Shown: positions 25,217 to 38,509 of the stretch, one piece after another | Numbering within the stretch: position 1 is the stretch's first letter | How the letters are laid out: every line of letters begins with the position of its first letter | Assembly: GCA_951406725.2 (NCBI GenBank) | Contig: OX597822.1 | Location: 85,622,001 to 85,686,000, forward strand | DNA from: Octopus vulgaris | Taxonomy: Eukaryota | DNA: 64,000 nt | Direction of reading: 5' to 3' | Program-made: the position numbers and the translations under genes | The notes under the pieces: model-generated | Told to the model about the DNA's origin: nothing | Database searches by the model: none | Seen by the model: the letters and a program-made list of their open reading frames with translations, nothing else

Positions 25217-26349
25217 TATATACAGGTGGCGCTCGAAGCAGTGGTGCAAGATAAGCAAACTTTATACCAGTGTAAATACGTTTGGAACATCTTTGACCCG
25301 TGAAGAGGCATTTTCATTGAGGTTTCCAAGGAGGAAAAGCCTCGAATTAAGCGAAAGGTGTTAAAAACACCAAGGTCAGTTCAAAGCGCCCCCTATGGGC
25401 TGGTAGACGCATTTCTTGCAGCTGACGTGCGCCATCAGTCTTCCAGTTAGTTCGGAGGTAACCCGCTTTAGTATCTAATACAGAAGACAGCTTAAAACTC
25501 GAAATGCATCTACTATTAAAATCCTTCTTAACAGTTCAAATATGACCCAAACATATTTGAATCAATCTAAAAGTTTGTTTATTGATTATTCGTTAATAAT
25601 TAAATATGTTAAATGCGTTGGCAATTTGATTTGTTGGGTTGATTTGCCAGATATTTTTTGTTAATATATTCCAAGAGTTAAAGCGGCGAGCAGGCAGAAT
25701 CGTTTTCGCTAAGCATTTTTTTTTCAGTTTTTACGTTCTGAGTTCAAATTCCGCCGGGGTCGACTTTGAAGTTTGAGAATTACACTGGTCAATCCTGATC
25801 TAACAAACCTATAATCAAAGGCATTCCAGCCATGACCAACCCATTTTTTAAAGATATTGTGTACTCCAGACAATATTATCCAGTGTGTCTTTTTCCTCCC
25901 TAAAATAGTCGTATGTGATTTGGCCGAGATTTGGCTGCTATCTCTAGCAGGCCGAGCCACTACTTTAGCTCATATTCCTGGTGTCGTATTGCATTGAAGC
26001 AATTATCGCCAAACACTTCAAATAAGTTTCGAAACTATTTTCAATTATCTCAAACATTGATCGTTATGTGAGAAGATCTCTCGGCCCCTCAAACTCATAG
26101 AAAATACAACAGGGCCGCGACTAAGCCTTGCTTTCTTGTCTCTAATCAAATCATTTCGCGTTATATGCGTCCTAAAACTTGTGGTTTCTCTGCTCGATTT
26201 AGACACAAGCTAAACCAGCTCCAGCTCAAGGCTTCACAACGAACCGCCAAGTTTTCTGTAGTTTAGACACTCATCAAGTCTAAATGCCGCATTGATGATA
26301 GACGTTACAAGATCACAAGGGTGGGGCTTCTGTGTGATTGCTTGATTCG

Positions 26350-26680
26350 GAGACCCCCTTCGGTCACGACACAGACCATGGGATTGCACCTAGAAAGTTA
26401 CCCTCCTAGACACAAGTCCGGGTGAGGTTGTTTATGGAAGACCAGCAGTCGCCCATGCATACCAGCCTCCCCTCTCCACGTCACCGATGTTATCCAAGGG
26501 AAAGACAAAGGTCGATACAGCTTGGCACCAGTGACGTCGCAACTCATTTCTACAGCTGAGTGAACTGGAGCAACGTGAAATAAAGTGCCTTGCTCAAGAA
26601 CACAACACGCAGCCCGGTCTGGGATTCGAGCTCACAACCTCACGATCGTAAGCTCGACTCTCTAACCACTGAGTCATGCT
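26350..26680 (-). mobile_element. tRNA-derived SINE family C (V/CORE-like gtgttcttgagcaaggcacttt core)
   Basis: Minus-strand head ctcagtggttagagagtcgagcttacgatcgtgaggttgtgagctcgaatccc. Related copies at 9205-9327(-), 40884-41158(+), 42738-43028(+) and 50315-50480(+). Confidence 0.8.
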
Positions 26681-26689
26681 TGATTACAT

Positions 26690-27070
26690 ATGGAATAGCA
26701 GCTAAATATCCCTCAAAATACGCCTTACAGTCTTTAAAAAAAAAAGATTATCGGAAAAGGAGAGATTTGTTAACGGAAATATTGGGACATTTCTGGAAAA
26801 CAAAATGGATGGGATCGTCACGGCTTGATTGCCTTTGGTCGTCGATATGCTGGTATTAGAGCTAGGTTTAAATAACAATTGATCAGAAATTCGAGAAGGA
26901 AGAGGAAAATACTCTCAAATCGCATTCTTCTGATTTAAAAAAAAAGGGAGAGAGATGGACACGGGATAATCTAGTCCGAGATTCTGGTCAAAAGGACGGG
27001 ACGGTCATTGTTGGCATGTGTTTGAGCATATATCCACTCGATTAGGACTGACCTGGGATTAAACAACAAG
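26690..27070 (+). repeat. Abundant short interspersed repeat family E, ending in (AAC)n
   Basis: Shared motifs gaaatagcagccaaatctccctcaaatcac...atggtcatggctggaatgcctttgatc...gggctaaacaac. Copies at ~6190-6310(-), 14430-14820(-), 25785-25960(-), 38915-39315(+), 45500-45670(+), 46510-46850(-) and 46960-47130(+). Confidence 0.7.
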
Positions 27071-27094
27071 AACAACGACAGAGAAAAAAAAAGC

Positions 27095-27351
27095 AGCAAC
27101 AACAACAACAACAACAACGGCATTAACAACATAAATATGAATGTTACAAGTGACATCGAGTTATTTTGGCATTGAACAGCAACAACAACAACAACAACAA
27201 TAACAATAACAACAACGACGACGTCGACAACAACAACAACAACAACAACAACGATAATAGTAAGAATAGTTTCAGCAATGGAAGTCACAACAACAATAAC
27301 GTCATCACCATCAACAACATCAATAACAATGACAGTATCATCGTCGTCATT

Positions 27352-27427
<76 letters not shown>

Positions 27428-27470
27428 ACAACAACAGCAACAAACATAGCAGCAGTAGCAGCAGTAGCAA
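27095..27470. repeat. Compound trinucleotide microsatellite (AAC/ATC/GTC/AGC)
   Basis: Direct reading of the sequence; produces spurious homopolymer ORFs. Confidence 0.9.
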
Positions 27471-29880
27471 TCATTTAGTGTTATGGTGAAAGGAAGAGAA
27501 ACCTTCTGCTTGGTTCCCATATATCAACTGATAAGTAAGTATGTAAGAGGAAGGGCGGACATTCATTGAAGTTACCGCTACTGTGTTAAATAGTTAAGTT
27601 ATTGGAGGTGTTGAGTACCATTATGAAGGAGTACCAAGTGGTGAGTACCAGCACAGTGAAAAGAATAACAAGGAGATATGAGAAGGTGCTCGTCATCTGG
27701 AGTGGTATGGCGTGCGGTGTGCCATAGCGGAGGACTTGAAGTGACGCGTGCCATCAGCAGATAGATGATAAAATAGGCACTAAATATACTTGAGGTAGAA
27801 AGCCAAGAAAATTTAATTTGTTAATTAATCAAAATAAAGCCTTGTGTTGGCCAAATATAGAAGAGTAGAATGGCGTGTTTGATTGAATGAGGAAGCAGTT
27901 TGTGTGTGTCGTTCCGAAAGAAGAATGTGTTTTTTTACACGAAAAGTATAAGACATAGTGTGAAGAAGAGAAGGAGAAATGGTTTAATCTGTTCGTATAG
28001 GTAGATTTACTATGAGGTAAAATCTGTTGACCTCAAAATCTGCTGACCGTGTACCAAAATTTGAAAGGTGCCGAAAAGAAATTAGCCTTGAGCAGAGGTG
28101 AAGAATGCTTATACATCACCTGTTTAATAACTTACCGCCTGACACTTGTACCTTGCCCCAGTCCACGTTTGGCTAGGCTGGAGCAATTACTTTTCCACTT
28201 ACCGTAGAAAGGACGAGTTCTACTGGTTAGATATGGTCCGTCTGTTTTCCAGCGCCCTCTGGATGGCGGGTTTGGCATGCCATGATTGCTAATGCGTAGA
28301 CATGTGTTGGAGCTACACCACTTTTAGATTTTCCTAGACGGTGAGCCGGCGTGGTCAATTCATCTCTTCGACGGAGCTGCAATCCTGGGGCAAGAAAAGA
28401 CCAAGATTAGCTGACAGACACCTGGAATATCGTCAGGCACTCACTGCACTCTGCCGGTCGGTGGAAGTTCTATGGTAACAATATATAGAAATCTAATGGT
28501 GGGTAAGAGCGATGATGACTCTTAGCGTTGATGAGGATGAACAATCTGGTATTTCGGAAGACTTCCGAGCCTGGTGCTGCCATGGAAAACTTCCAGAAAT
28601 TCCTGGTTTCGCAATGCTACCGAGAAGCACTGCCAGTTCGAGATAATCTCTCTGCATGCACCTTGTGCAAGTGTTCGACTATTGCACTTTGGGTAAAGTG
28701 TCTGCTACTAAAGCTTTGTGAGTGGATTTGGTAGATGGAAACTGTAAGAAGCCCGTCTGATATATATATTGAAATAGTAACGTAAACGATTGTTAGTATT
28801 ATTTGGGAATAGTCGATAAACAACAAAGTGAGAAAAAGTCTTGCAAACCCGCTCAGAAAGTTCCCAGTTGTGTGATTTCCTGAGGGTGCCAACGTGGATT
28901 GTATATACATACAGTTTTTGTAAGACCAGCGGAGATGGGTAGCATAAGGTGTCCTCAGTTTCGAGTAGTAAACATATCACAAAGTTTGAGATTTTGATGG
29001 TCAACTAAGATAAGATATAGTGACAGGGACGCCGGAGACAAAATCGTTATTCTCAGAATTAGTGAGTTAATGAGATGGTAACTAATAGGGGACGACCCCC
29101 AAAAACTTGTAAAGAATTATCAAAGGAGAGTTTTCAGAATACGGATAAGCGATACAATTTAGTAAAAAGATAGCGATAGCAATGGAGTTGGAAGCTAATT
29201 AACAAATTAAGAACGGTGGCTACAAAAGACAAGACGACCAACTTGTTGGCTAGAAAATGGTGTTAGACCATTTCTCTGACGAGGAATATGACGATTATGT
29301 TATCCAAGGTAAAACACGAGGGTCTCGTTGCGTTCATTGGACCCGGGTGAAAGTGGAACCATATGGCACCAAAAGCCACAATGGCAGAGTTGTTTTCGTG
29401 GTTTTTTTCAACGGTTTCATTCTTTGGAAGAAGCGATGAATGAAAGACAATGAACATCAACGCCGATGGTTTTACAAAAACTCTCATCGGAATTGCAGGA
29501 AGAATCCAATTGTGACAGCTGTGATAAGAATTTTACATGCCTGTTTGTACACACACACACGTGTGTGTGTCTGTATGTCTGTGTGTAATTTGATGACAGT
29601 TTGATTGGACCCATGGCCTCTTAAAACGAATCCATCTCTTCAGGCTTTGGTTACCTAAGCCTGATAGTGGACTGGGAACTTTCCCAAGTGTATGAATCGG
29701 AGAGAAGGTGCAGAGGAAGAATGCAAAAAGGACATCATGGATAATTCCAAGTATAGAACAACTCTACAGAATGCTCAGTTAAAGAACTTTCACTAAGACA
29801 CTCGCAAATAAGTTAGTGTTCATCGTTAATACTGCTGAGGTATATTTTTTCCCGTCAAATTTAAGCAGGACACCCTTTCG

Positions 29881-29966
<86 letters not shown>

Positions 29967-30269
29967 ATTTAACCCCAGGGTAGCACTGACCCCAATGATA
30001 GATGATCAAGCTTACTTCAGTTATGACTACTCCTTCTGCTTTATATACTTACTACTAGAGTCATTTGAAGGACACTGACTGCTATTTCTAGCCAACTGAA
30101 TGACCATTTATTTACACTGTCACTACCGTCCTTCCCCGCCCGCCTCCGTTGATATCTAAAAACAACTGATGCGGTCATCGTATCTTGTGTGGAAAAATAG
30201 TCATCGCTGAACAAACAATGGTAAAAAAATAAAATGGGCTTTAATTCCTTTTTTTCTTTTCACACATAC

Positions 30270-30297
30270 ACACATATTCATACATACATACATACAT

Positions 30298-30335
<38 letters not shown>

Positions 30336-30356
30336 GTACATACATACATACATACA

Positions 30357-30388
<32 letters not shown>

Positions 30389-31785
30389 CATTCGTACATA
30401 CATTCGTACATACATACACATACATATACACATACATAATGCAACTATATGCATGAGAATACATACATGAAGCAAAACATACAAATCTGCGCACATACAT
30501 ATATACATACACATACATACATGCATGCATGCATACATACATACATACATACATACATACATACATACATACATACACACACACATACGTACGTACATAC
30601 ATACAAACATACATACATACATACATACATGCATGCATACATACATACATACATACATACATACATACATACATACATACATACATACATACATACATAC
30701 ATACATACATACATACATACATACATACATACACACATACATACGTACGTACATACATACATGCATGCATACATGCATGCATACATGCATACATGCATGC
30801 ATACATACATGCATACATGCATACATGCATGCATACATACATACATACATACATACATGCATACATACATACATACATACATACATACATACATACATAC
30901 ATACATACATACATACATACATACATACATACATACATACATACATACATACATACATACATACATACATACATACATACATACATACATACATACATAC
31001 ATACACACATACATACGTACGTACATACATACATGCATGCATACATGCATGCATACATGCATACATGCATGCATACATACATGCATACATGCATACATGC
31101 ATGCATACATACATACATACATACATACATACATACATACATACATACATACATACATACATACATACATACATACATACATACATTCATACATACATAC
31201 ATACATACATACATACATACATACATACATACATACATACATACATACATACATACATACATACATACATACATACATACATACAAAAATACCCTGTTGT
31301 TGATGTTGAAATTCCAATGAAGGAGCTGTGAATCTAGGTTAGAAACCGGCTCTTTCTCTATTGGCAAGAAATCTTGAAAAAACAAACTAAACAATGACAT
31401 ACATATACGCACACATACACAAGCACACACATACATATGGGCATGCATGCATGCATACATACATAAATACATACATACATACATACATACATACATACAT
31501 ACATACATACATACATACATGCACACATACATGCATACATACATACACATACACACACATACATACATACATACATACACTTATATACATACATACATAC
31601 ATACAGACATACATACATACATACATACATACATACACTTATATACATACATACATACATACAGACATACATGCATACATACATACATACATACATACAT
31701 ACATACATACATACATACATACATACATACATACATACATACATACACACACATCTCATATACTATCTCTTCCCTTCTCTCCCTT

Positions 31786-31818
<33 letters not shown>

Positions 31819-31820
31819 GT
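30270..31820. repeat. ~1.5-kb (CATA)n/(CATG) microsatellite block
   Basis: Direct reading of the sequence. The variant pattern at ~30730-30840 recurs at ~31005-31110. Confidence 0.95.
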
Positions 31821-32325
31821 CTGTATCTTTTCTCCATTACACGTTCTCGCTTTTTCTATACCTTCCCTGTTCATTGCCCCCTTTATGCAAAATAGCGACT
31901 CTTAAAGCTACCAAATTGCCTCCAGGGACAGTACTGGGTTCCAGCAATAATTTTCCGAAAACAGTTTTTTTACATCCGAACGGCCGAAGTTAGGAAGCAT
32001 CAACGACAAACATGAAGAGTATATAGAAACCATTAACAAACAGGAATAAAACTATGGAGGTGTATATTTGTAAATATGAAAATATACGGTTTTTAAACAT
32101 CAGCATGAAGTCATTTTTTGTTGTTTTTATCAAACCACTTAGTCATGTCAGCAATTTGACTTGTATTCGTGCCGCACTCAGCGGAGCCAAATGAAAGGGA
32201 AGCTACTCTTCATCGCTACGGAAGTTATTTCTTTTTTCATGTTTAATTTAAATCTAATCCAACAAGAGTTGCCTCCTTTTAGTCCCATCCCTTTCCCAAC
32301 ATGCAAAGAGCAATGAGCGCGTTTG

Positions 32326-32412
<87 letters not shown>

Positions 32413-32781
32413 TGTGTGTGTTTGAATGTGTCTCGAGGTTGTCTACAGACTATGGTGGGGTCATAACCAGAAACACTAACGAATAAGCTAATTGCCCTTT
32501 AAGCACGAACAGGGAGCGGTAAATCAACGATTTCGTTAGTAATAAATAAGCAAATGAATAAATAAACAAATAAATAAACAAATACATAAATAATAAACAA
32601 ATAAATGAAAAGTTCGACTAAAATGGAAATCCCTGAATCGTAAGTCTGCAATCAGCTCAGAAGCGGACCAATGTTGTGAAAAGCCTCCTGTGGATGGGCA
32701 GGAAGGGGAATCTGGAATGACGGAAACAAAGCAACACACGTGATGAGAAATGGTTTAATGGAGGATGGAATTGGTATTGTG

Positions 32782-32825
<44 letters not shown>

Positions 32826-34628
32826 CTGATGGTCGGTTATTGGTATATAGGAAACTCACAGCCTACGAAGTGAACTTCTTCAAACTCCCCAAAGATGCTG
32901 AGATTGGTGTATCGGATTGGTTTGTTGTCACATGTTACAACATTAGAAGCTAAAAGCTAAGAGATTCATAAGACCAAAAATTACAAGCCCGCAGGTTGCT
33001 TGAATGCGTTCCTCCAGGATCACAAAAAGACATACAATGCGGTGATTGAAGAAAGGGCAGGAGGAAAGAAAGAAGTCTGGGTCTGTGCCGAAGAATTCTT
33101 CAACGACTAAACCGTCCTCAAGGAAGACATTATACCTGTAATTTAAAAGGCACAGCTTTGTCACACTGATTCTACCTGATATTTCTATTAAGCAATATAC
33201 GTGTCTGTGAAATGGTTAGGCACTGACTGGTTCAGGAAGAGGCACTTCTTATAATTTGATAACGGTGATCTTAAAAGCTATTCAGTTACAAAGGATTTTA
33301 AATTCTTAAGCCTATTGTAAAAGCAACAATGAAGACCAAAGATGAAAAACGCTTAGGTTACTCGAAGACGAGGCAGATTCAAAGTAGTTTCATTCTTAAA
33401 GTTTGAGTTCTTCCAAATTATTTTTTCCTTTTTATTTTCTTTTTTCTTTTTTTGGTGGGGGGATAAAAATACGAGGAGTGTAATTGTTGCCGATAATTAG
33501 TTGGTATTGGAGGTGTAACAATGAAGATTAATTTTATAACGGTTGAGGTTGATTTGTAAACAATGCGACGGATGTAATCCGTTTCTAAAGATTGATTCTT
33601 CGTTGATTGCCGTTATGTAAAGATGAAAGAACAGTGATTGAAGTTGTGAAGAAAATATCTATTTTTACCGTTACATTATACAATACCTTGCCTCGACGGG
33701 CAGGTGATGAAATCGTAGAGTATGCAAAGTAAAAAAGTTAATTTCGGCCTGTGTGTTCTTGTAGTAGTAAACCATAGAGAGAGATATGGTAATGTGCAGG
33801 GAAGAGAAGTGAGAGAGTGTGGGAAGTTGGGTCTCGTATAGTCGCTTTTTTCCCTCTGGCCGTTTCTCTGCCTGTTTGTGGCCATGATTCTAGTGGTCGG
33901 TTCACTAACTGATGTCAGCTCTGTTTCAAATCACGAGTTGTCACCAACTGACTAACTGAGTTGTAACCAAGTGACTAACTGATTTTTGCTTGGGGGTTCT
34001 TGTTTTTATAACTATCCAGAAGGATAGACATATCATTGAGAACAATAGATGTAGTTGGTGGTTTTGTTATCTTAATTCTAGCTTTTAGTGAAATAAAAGA
34101 GGTTAGAAAGGTCAAGTGGTGAAGACATTATTTCGGCCTAGCTAAGTCAATCTGGCAAATGTAAAACTGCTGTCACAGAAAAACTATTGCTCCACCGTGA
34201 GAAAAGTTCTGTTGAACTGTGACTTGAAATTTGGCTATGGTGGATCGAATCCACTTCATGCCTGCAAGATCCACTACAGATGGTTAAATCTAGCCATGCC
34301 TAAACATTACCGCTTCTGAATAACAAATTTTCCACTCTAAGACGAATGAATAGTTTCTTCTGTGGATAACAAAACCAGGAGAGATTAAATAGATTCACCT
34401 TATTCTCAGTTGAAGAAAAATGTATATGCAATTGAAACAAAGAAATTCATCCCATATTGACATCGTAAAATAATTTATTTCTCAAAGACACAAACTAGAT
34501 CTGACGTCCAAATAAATAAACTATATAAAGTTATATGTTGTTAGTATTTTTACATTTATATTTGTATGCGTTTGTGCGCGTACAATGTGTGTGTGCGTGC
34601 GTGTGTGTGTGTGTGTGTGTGTGTGCGT

Positions 34629-34701
<73 letters not shown>

Positions 34702-35602
34702 TGTGTGTTTATATCTATGTATATCTATGTACCATTTTACCTTACGGTTAATAGTTTATTAGAAATTCTGTTTATTTTTTTTTAATTTACATCAGTTTAA
34801 ATATGCTTGGGACATATTCGACTTGTACAAAAATCGTTTTCATTGCTAATTTGCGTAGAGAACACTTCTCGCTTTAAACAATAATTGTTGAAAAACACCA
34901 ACAGTCATTTCAAGGTAGTCATTTCACCGTTCTCTTGGCAGAACGGTGAATGCATTTCTGGTTCATTGGCAATCATCAGCACCGTGTAATACAAGAAAGA
35001 CAACCCGGAAGTGATTTCAGAAACATTTGTTTCTTCATGGTAAATTAGCATCAAATCATGAACTACTCATGCGTGACGCAGTCCCGATTAAACTGGTTTT
35101 AATTGATCTAAATGTTTGTTTGTTTACAACACTGCTTTCGGGCGCTCATCACAATGTTGCGTTTAGCCGGGGCCGACATTGCGTGTGACCACCTCACGTT
35201 GGACATCCCAGCTTTTATTCAGACGCTGTACATTTAAGACTACATTATCTATCGTCCTTTCTTTTTTTAAGACGGCAGGATGTGATATCAGGGCAATTTA
35301 GTTTCAAGTAGGTCTAGAGATTTTGTTAATTCGATGTTTCCTTGGTTTCATTTACAGGTTAATGAATAAATTTTATTTCCATACAAATCACGGGTTATTA
35401 ACGGATTATTACAATCAGGCCTATTACAGTCTACCACGTTTAAGGTGATTAAGAGAGAATAATTACTTCTCAACTGATATTGTAAGCGTATGGAGAAAAC
35501 AAAATATGATAAGCCTTAATGAATCTCAAACTAAACTAAGTTGAAAATTGCAAATTTTAATCGCTTGAAAATGGCGATATGCAGGAGTTGAGATGGGAGT
35601 CT

Positions 35603-35679
35603 GGTCTTGATAGCTATAGACATATTTCTGCCTCGTTAGACCTCTTCGGTGACAAATATTTGGCTGCTCTACCAAGACC
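35603..35679 (-). ncRNA. Degenerate hammerhead-like motif
   Basis: Minus strand reads GGUCUUGGUAG...CCGAAGA-GGUCU(AACG)AGGCA-GAAA-UAUG-UC-...CUAUCAAGACC. It has an 11-bp distal helix, a U4C core change, and a disrupted proximal stem I. Confidence 0.35.
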
Positions 35680-37369
35680 TTAAAATAGCAAATAGGTATA
35701 GCAGTTTGCGTAAAAATAATTTATTTTTAGGCTCTGGAAAATGTAAACTGTTTCACTGAAAATGATTAATAAATCCGGAATTTTGTCTTAAATTGTCACC
35801 ATAGCTACCAAACATACCCCAGCATCTCACAATTAAATTTTTAGTCGACTGAAATTTCAAGAGTTCTCTCCCTTGCTCATTTTGTAGTAAATTTCCATTT
35901 ACACTAATGACTTTTTTTTCTCATTACGATTTAACAATGATAAGCTGAACTAAACAATGTGTTCTCCGTGCAGAAAGCATCTTGATAAGTTTTCCAGTGT
36001 CTTCATTTTAATATACTGAATATTTTCACACAGAACACAATGTCCGTTCGTGGTTGTGAGACCTTAGCAACATTGCAGTGACTTTGCTTCTAGGAAGAAA
36101 TCTAATAAGACCAAAACATGTACGAAATTATAAAAGATCAAATTCTCTTCCTTCACATTGCATATCTCCAGAGTTTCTTCCCCTGACACACCTGGAATTA
36201 ACTGTCATTAACAGTAATAACATTTTTTCTTATTACAATTATAATTTCGAGTGAAAACGTTTGGTTCACTCCTTTAAAAAATGGTAACTTTCTCTTTAAA
36301 ATGCTGTGTATATCTGCCATGATACATCTAATGTGGTTCTTTACTATTCGCTGTGGAACAGGGAGGGGAAATGCACTTTATCTTCGGCATCTCATGTGAA
36401 AGCGATAAATGGCCAATAGAGATATAGATTTTTTAAGTCTTGAATTATTGATTAGTAAGCGAAGAACTTTGCAACTGGTTCCGGTGTGTTTAATGGGATT
36501 CGAGCAAAGCAGATAAAGGGGCTTGGTGGAGGGGGGTACGATGTAATCTAATAAGTGGTTTCACAGACGTAGAAGATTAAAGAGAAGAGAAGGGAGAGAG
36601 GGAGAGAAAAGAGAGGAAGGAGAGGGGGAGAAAGAAAGAGAATGAGCAAGAAGAAGAATGAGAATTAATACACGTGAAGTAAGAGGTGTTATTTAATGTA
36701 TGGCAGAGACGTGGAGATTGTTTTCATGGTTACGAGTCTTTACTTTTATGTGAGACGCAAATGTGAGTATATGTTGAGTGACAGAGACTAACTATATTCG
36801 AGGTTATTAATCAACTACACGCATATAAATGCAATATATATATATTGCGTGTCTGTGTGGTAAGAAGCTTGCTTCCCAACCACATGGTATCGGGTTCAGT
36901 CCTACTGCGTTGCACCTTGGGCAAGTGTCTTCTATAACCTTTAAGTTCCCATCTACCAAATCCACTTACAAGGCTTTGGTCGGCCCGAAGCTATAGCAGC
37001 AGACACTTACCCAAGGTGCCACGCAATAGGACTGAATCCGGATCCATATGGTTGGCAAGCAATCTTCTCATCACACTGCCACGCAAGAAGATGGAATAAA
37101 CATAATTTAATTACAAAACACAACAATTGTTTCTGTGCAATGGTAACAGCAGCTAGGCGCTGGTTTCCTATCTTATACGTACCGTTATATAGATATGACA
37201 TAAATATGATTCCGTAGTAGCTCTGTACTCGCACGTCATCAGGTGAGTGACTTCGAAATCACAAACGAAACAATTGTAGGTGAATATATTAATTAATAAA
37301 TTAATTTGTATCCATTAGATCTCTGTTCTCTAACTCAATAATAATGTTTAACATTTTACGATACATATA

Positions 37370-37434
<65 letters not shown>

Positions 37435-37508
37435 AAACAATACTGGGAGGATAAGAAACGGAACGAAGCGAAGAATCGAACGAACCCGACGCGAAGCGCT
37501 GTCAGACA

Positions 37509-38509
37509 ATAGTGTAATAAATAAAATATATGCATACATACAAACATATATGTACGTACCTACATCTACATGTATATATACATGCATATATAAATATATA
37601 TACGTAAGTACAGGACACCTCAAAAAGACGTAGAACTCGACAGAAACGAAAACGGAAAAGCCATTTTTTTACAACAGAAAGACAGAGACGTGGAACAGGA
37701 CGAGAACGAAAACGGGAAAAACATTATTTACAACAGAAAAACAAGGTATAGGACAAGCTACACAAGGAAAATCTCCAATCATCAGTTGTCGCTAGTAGAC
37801 TTAGCGTGTTTCGAAGGCAAGACAGGACACGACTCGTCAATACTAGGCCTTCCTGCGAGAGAATTAAAATAAAATAACCTCGCAGAGGGGTAAAACAAGC
37901 ACGAAAAAAATGTAACACAAACAGGATGTAACAATAAAACTGCACAATAAAATACAAGATAAAAATACATGTACAAGAAAATACAAAACGAGAAATAAAA
38001 TACAATACGAGAAATCAAAATAAACAAGAAAACAAACGAGAAAAACAAACGAAAGGCCTTTGTTCTGGCTGGGACGGAAGAGGTTCTGGCAAGCGCATGG
38101 AAACACGACTTTCGTGCTTGTTTTACCCCTCTGCGAGGTTATTTTATTTTAGTTCTCTCGCATGAAGGCCTAGTATTGACGAGTCGTGTCCTGTCTTGCC
38201 TTCGAAACACGCTAAGTCTACTAGCGACAGCTGATGATTGGGGATTTTCCTTGTGTAGCTTGTCCTGTACCTTGTTTTTCTGCTGTAAATAATGTTTTTC
38301 CCGTTTTCGTTCTCGTCCTGTTCCACGTCTCTGTCTTTCTGTTGTAAAAAAATGGCTTTTCCGTTTTCGTTTCTGTCGAGTTCTACGTCTTTTTGTGGTG
38401 TCCTGTACTTATGTATATATATTTATATATGCATGTATATATACATGTAGATGTAGGTACGTACATATATGTTTGTATGTATGCATATATTTTATTTATT
38501 ACACACTAT
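37509..38509. mobile_element. ~400-bp near-perfect inverted repeat (arms 37509-37906 and 38110-38509), probable PLE inverted pseudo-LTR structure
   Basis: The arms are reverse complementary with roughly 8-10 differences by eye, separated by a 203-bp spacer. The ORF track shows twin 60-aa ORFs on opposite strands. Confidence 0.92.
38170..38224 (+). ncRNA. Type-I hammerhead-like motif (U3 variant); identical mirror copy at 37792-37846 (-)
   Basis: CUAGUA-UUGACGA-G(UCGUGUCCUGUCUUGCCUU)C-GAAA-C(ACGCUAA)G-UC-UACUAG. Perfect 6-bp stem I and a GUC cleavage triplet. Confidence 0.6.

Noticed and set aside
25385-28270. CTCF-like motifs (agcgccccctatggg at ~25385; cagcgccctctggatggc at ~28250)
   Set aside because: Short imperfect matches that cannot be supported without PWM scoring or ChIP data.
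30201-31993. Long ORFs of 130-459 aa (MYVC/HTYI repeats), and similar ORFs throughout the window
   Set aside because: They are translations of (CATA)n, (TA)n and (CA)n microsatellites that happen to lack stop codons; there is no coding signal.
34923-34950. Perfect 11-bp hairpin ttcaccgttct-cttggc-agaacggtgaa as a miRNA precursor
   Set aside because: The stem is too short for a pre-miRNA and I recognise no known mature miRNA in it.
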